Virus record (IMG/VR): IMGVR_UViG_3300037424_001463
Span: 1-25,738 of that record
DNA from: a virus
Lineage: Duplodnaviria > Caudoviricetes
Length of the DNA stretch: 25,738 bases
Strand: one strand, 5' to 3'
Of this stretch, positions 25,092-25,738 are shown piece by piece. Numbering within the stretch: the stretch's first letter is position 1; each line of letters begins with the position of its first letter. Below the pieces are notes generated by a model that was not told the origin of the DNA, made no database searches, and was given only the letters and a program-made list of their open reading frames with translations. The position numbers and the translations under genes are program-made.

Positions 25092-25738
25092 TGGCGTTCA
25101 TTTCCACGTGGAAGAGCGACAACGCGGGTGTCTCGAACCCAGACCAAATCAAGCTCCCGCTGATTGCCGCCGGCACCTACAACTTCACCGTTGACTGGGG
25201 TGACGGCGGGCCCACGGACGCCATTACCGCTTGGGACGACGCCGCGACAACCCACACCTACGCGATCGCGGGCAGCTACGTAGTCACGATTACGGGGACG
25301 ATCACGGGCTTCGTGTTCGGCAACGGGGGCGACAAGCTCAAGATCACCGACATCAGCGAGTGGGGGACGCTGCTCGTCGGGACCAGCCAAGGGGGGTATT
25401 TCTACGGCTGTAACAACATGACCGTGACGGCAGCGGACGTGCTGGACGTGTCGTCCGTCACGAACATGGCCTACATGTTCTACGGCGCCGCCAGCGCCAA
25501 TCCCGGCGTTTCGGCGTGGGACGTGTCGTCCGTCACGAGCATGACCGCCATGTTCACCGGCGCGACCGCCGCCAACCCCGACGTCTCGGCGTGGGACGTG
25601 TCGTCCGTCACGAGCATGAACTCAATGTTTCAGGACGCCGCCAGCGCCAACCCCGACGTCTCGGCGTGGGACGTGTCCGCAGTTACAAACATGACCTCAA
25701 TGTTCCGAAACGTCGGCGCCAACCCCGACGTCTCGGCG
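25091..25738 (+). CDS. PKD domain + DUF285/BspA-type 25-residue repeat protein (partial, runs off window)
   Basis: TAATG overlap; MAFISTWK...YNFTVDWGDG...HTYAIAGSYVVTITG...ISEWG then (WDVSSVTxMxxMFxxAxxANPDVSA)n. Absent from the ORF track because it has no stop in the window. Confidence 0.9.
   Translation, partial: MAFISTWKSDNAGVSNPDQIKLPLIAAGTYNFTVDWGDGGPTDAITAWDDAATTHTYAIAGSYVVTITGTITGFVFGNGGDKLKITDISEWGTLLVGTSQGGYFYGCNNMTVTAADVLDVSSVTNMAYMFYGAASANPGVSAWDVSSVTSMTAMFTGATAANPDVSAWDVSSVTSMNSMFQDAASANPDVSAWDVSAVTNMTSMFRNVGANPDVSA
25445..25738 (+). repeat. 75-bp tandem coding repeats (units at 25445, 25520, 25595, 25670)
   Basis: Near-identical GACGTGTCGTCCGTCACG...AACCCCGACGTCTCGGCGTGG framework with variable internal codons. 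Confidence 0.92.

Noticed and set aside
25445-25738. Regularly spaced repeats resembling a CRISPR array
   Set aside because: The 75-bp period is in-frame coding, the variable parts are homologous to each other, and there are no cas genes.

Overview
Very GC-rich (visually >70%) segment of a tailed dsDNA phage or prophage. No host housekeeping context, integrase or att site is visible. Left to right: the end of an early/replication region (phage-borne DNA polymerase III beta clamp, Imm5-like Ala-rich protein); a lambda GpA-type large terminase on the minus strand; a plus-strand operon with a ribbon-helix-helix regulator, four glycosyltransferase-like genes, a polysaccharide pyruvyl transferase and a small Zn-ribbon protein; lambda-type portal and gpW on the minus strand; then a long plus-strand late operon. 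That operon holds protease/scaffold, cement protein, Mu gpT-like capsid, head-tail protein, holin-like genes with overlapping spanins but no endolysin, tail tube, a very short Gly-rich protein at the tape-measure position, large uncharacterised tail proteins, two proteins with apparent signal peptides, and a truncated PKD + DUF285/BspA-type repeat protein. Two observations stand out. First, a soluble five-enzyme glycan-building cassette is wedged between terminase and portal (candidate virion or DNA glycosylation/pyruvylation system). Second, the packaging module is split into two divergent promoter pairs whose four start codons all carry TANNNT-N6-ATG (leaderless) signatures, with palindromic candidate operators. 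Family calls come from motif recognition, not database searches.
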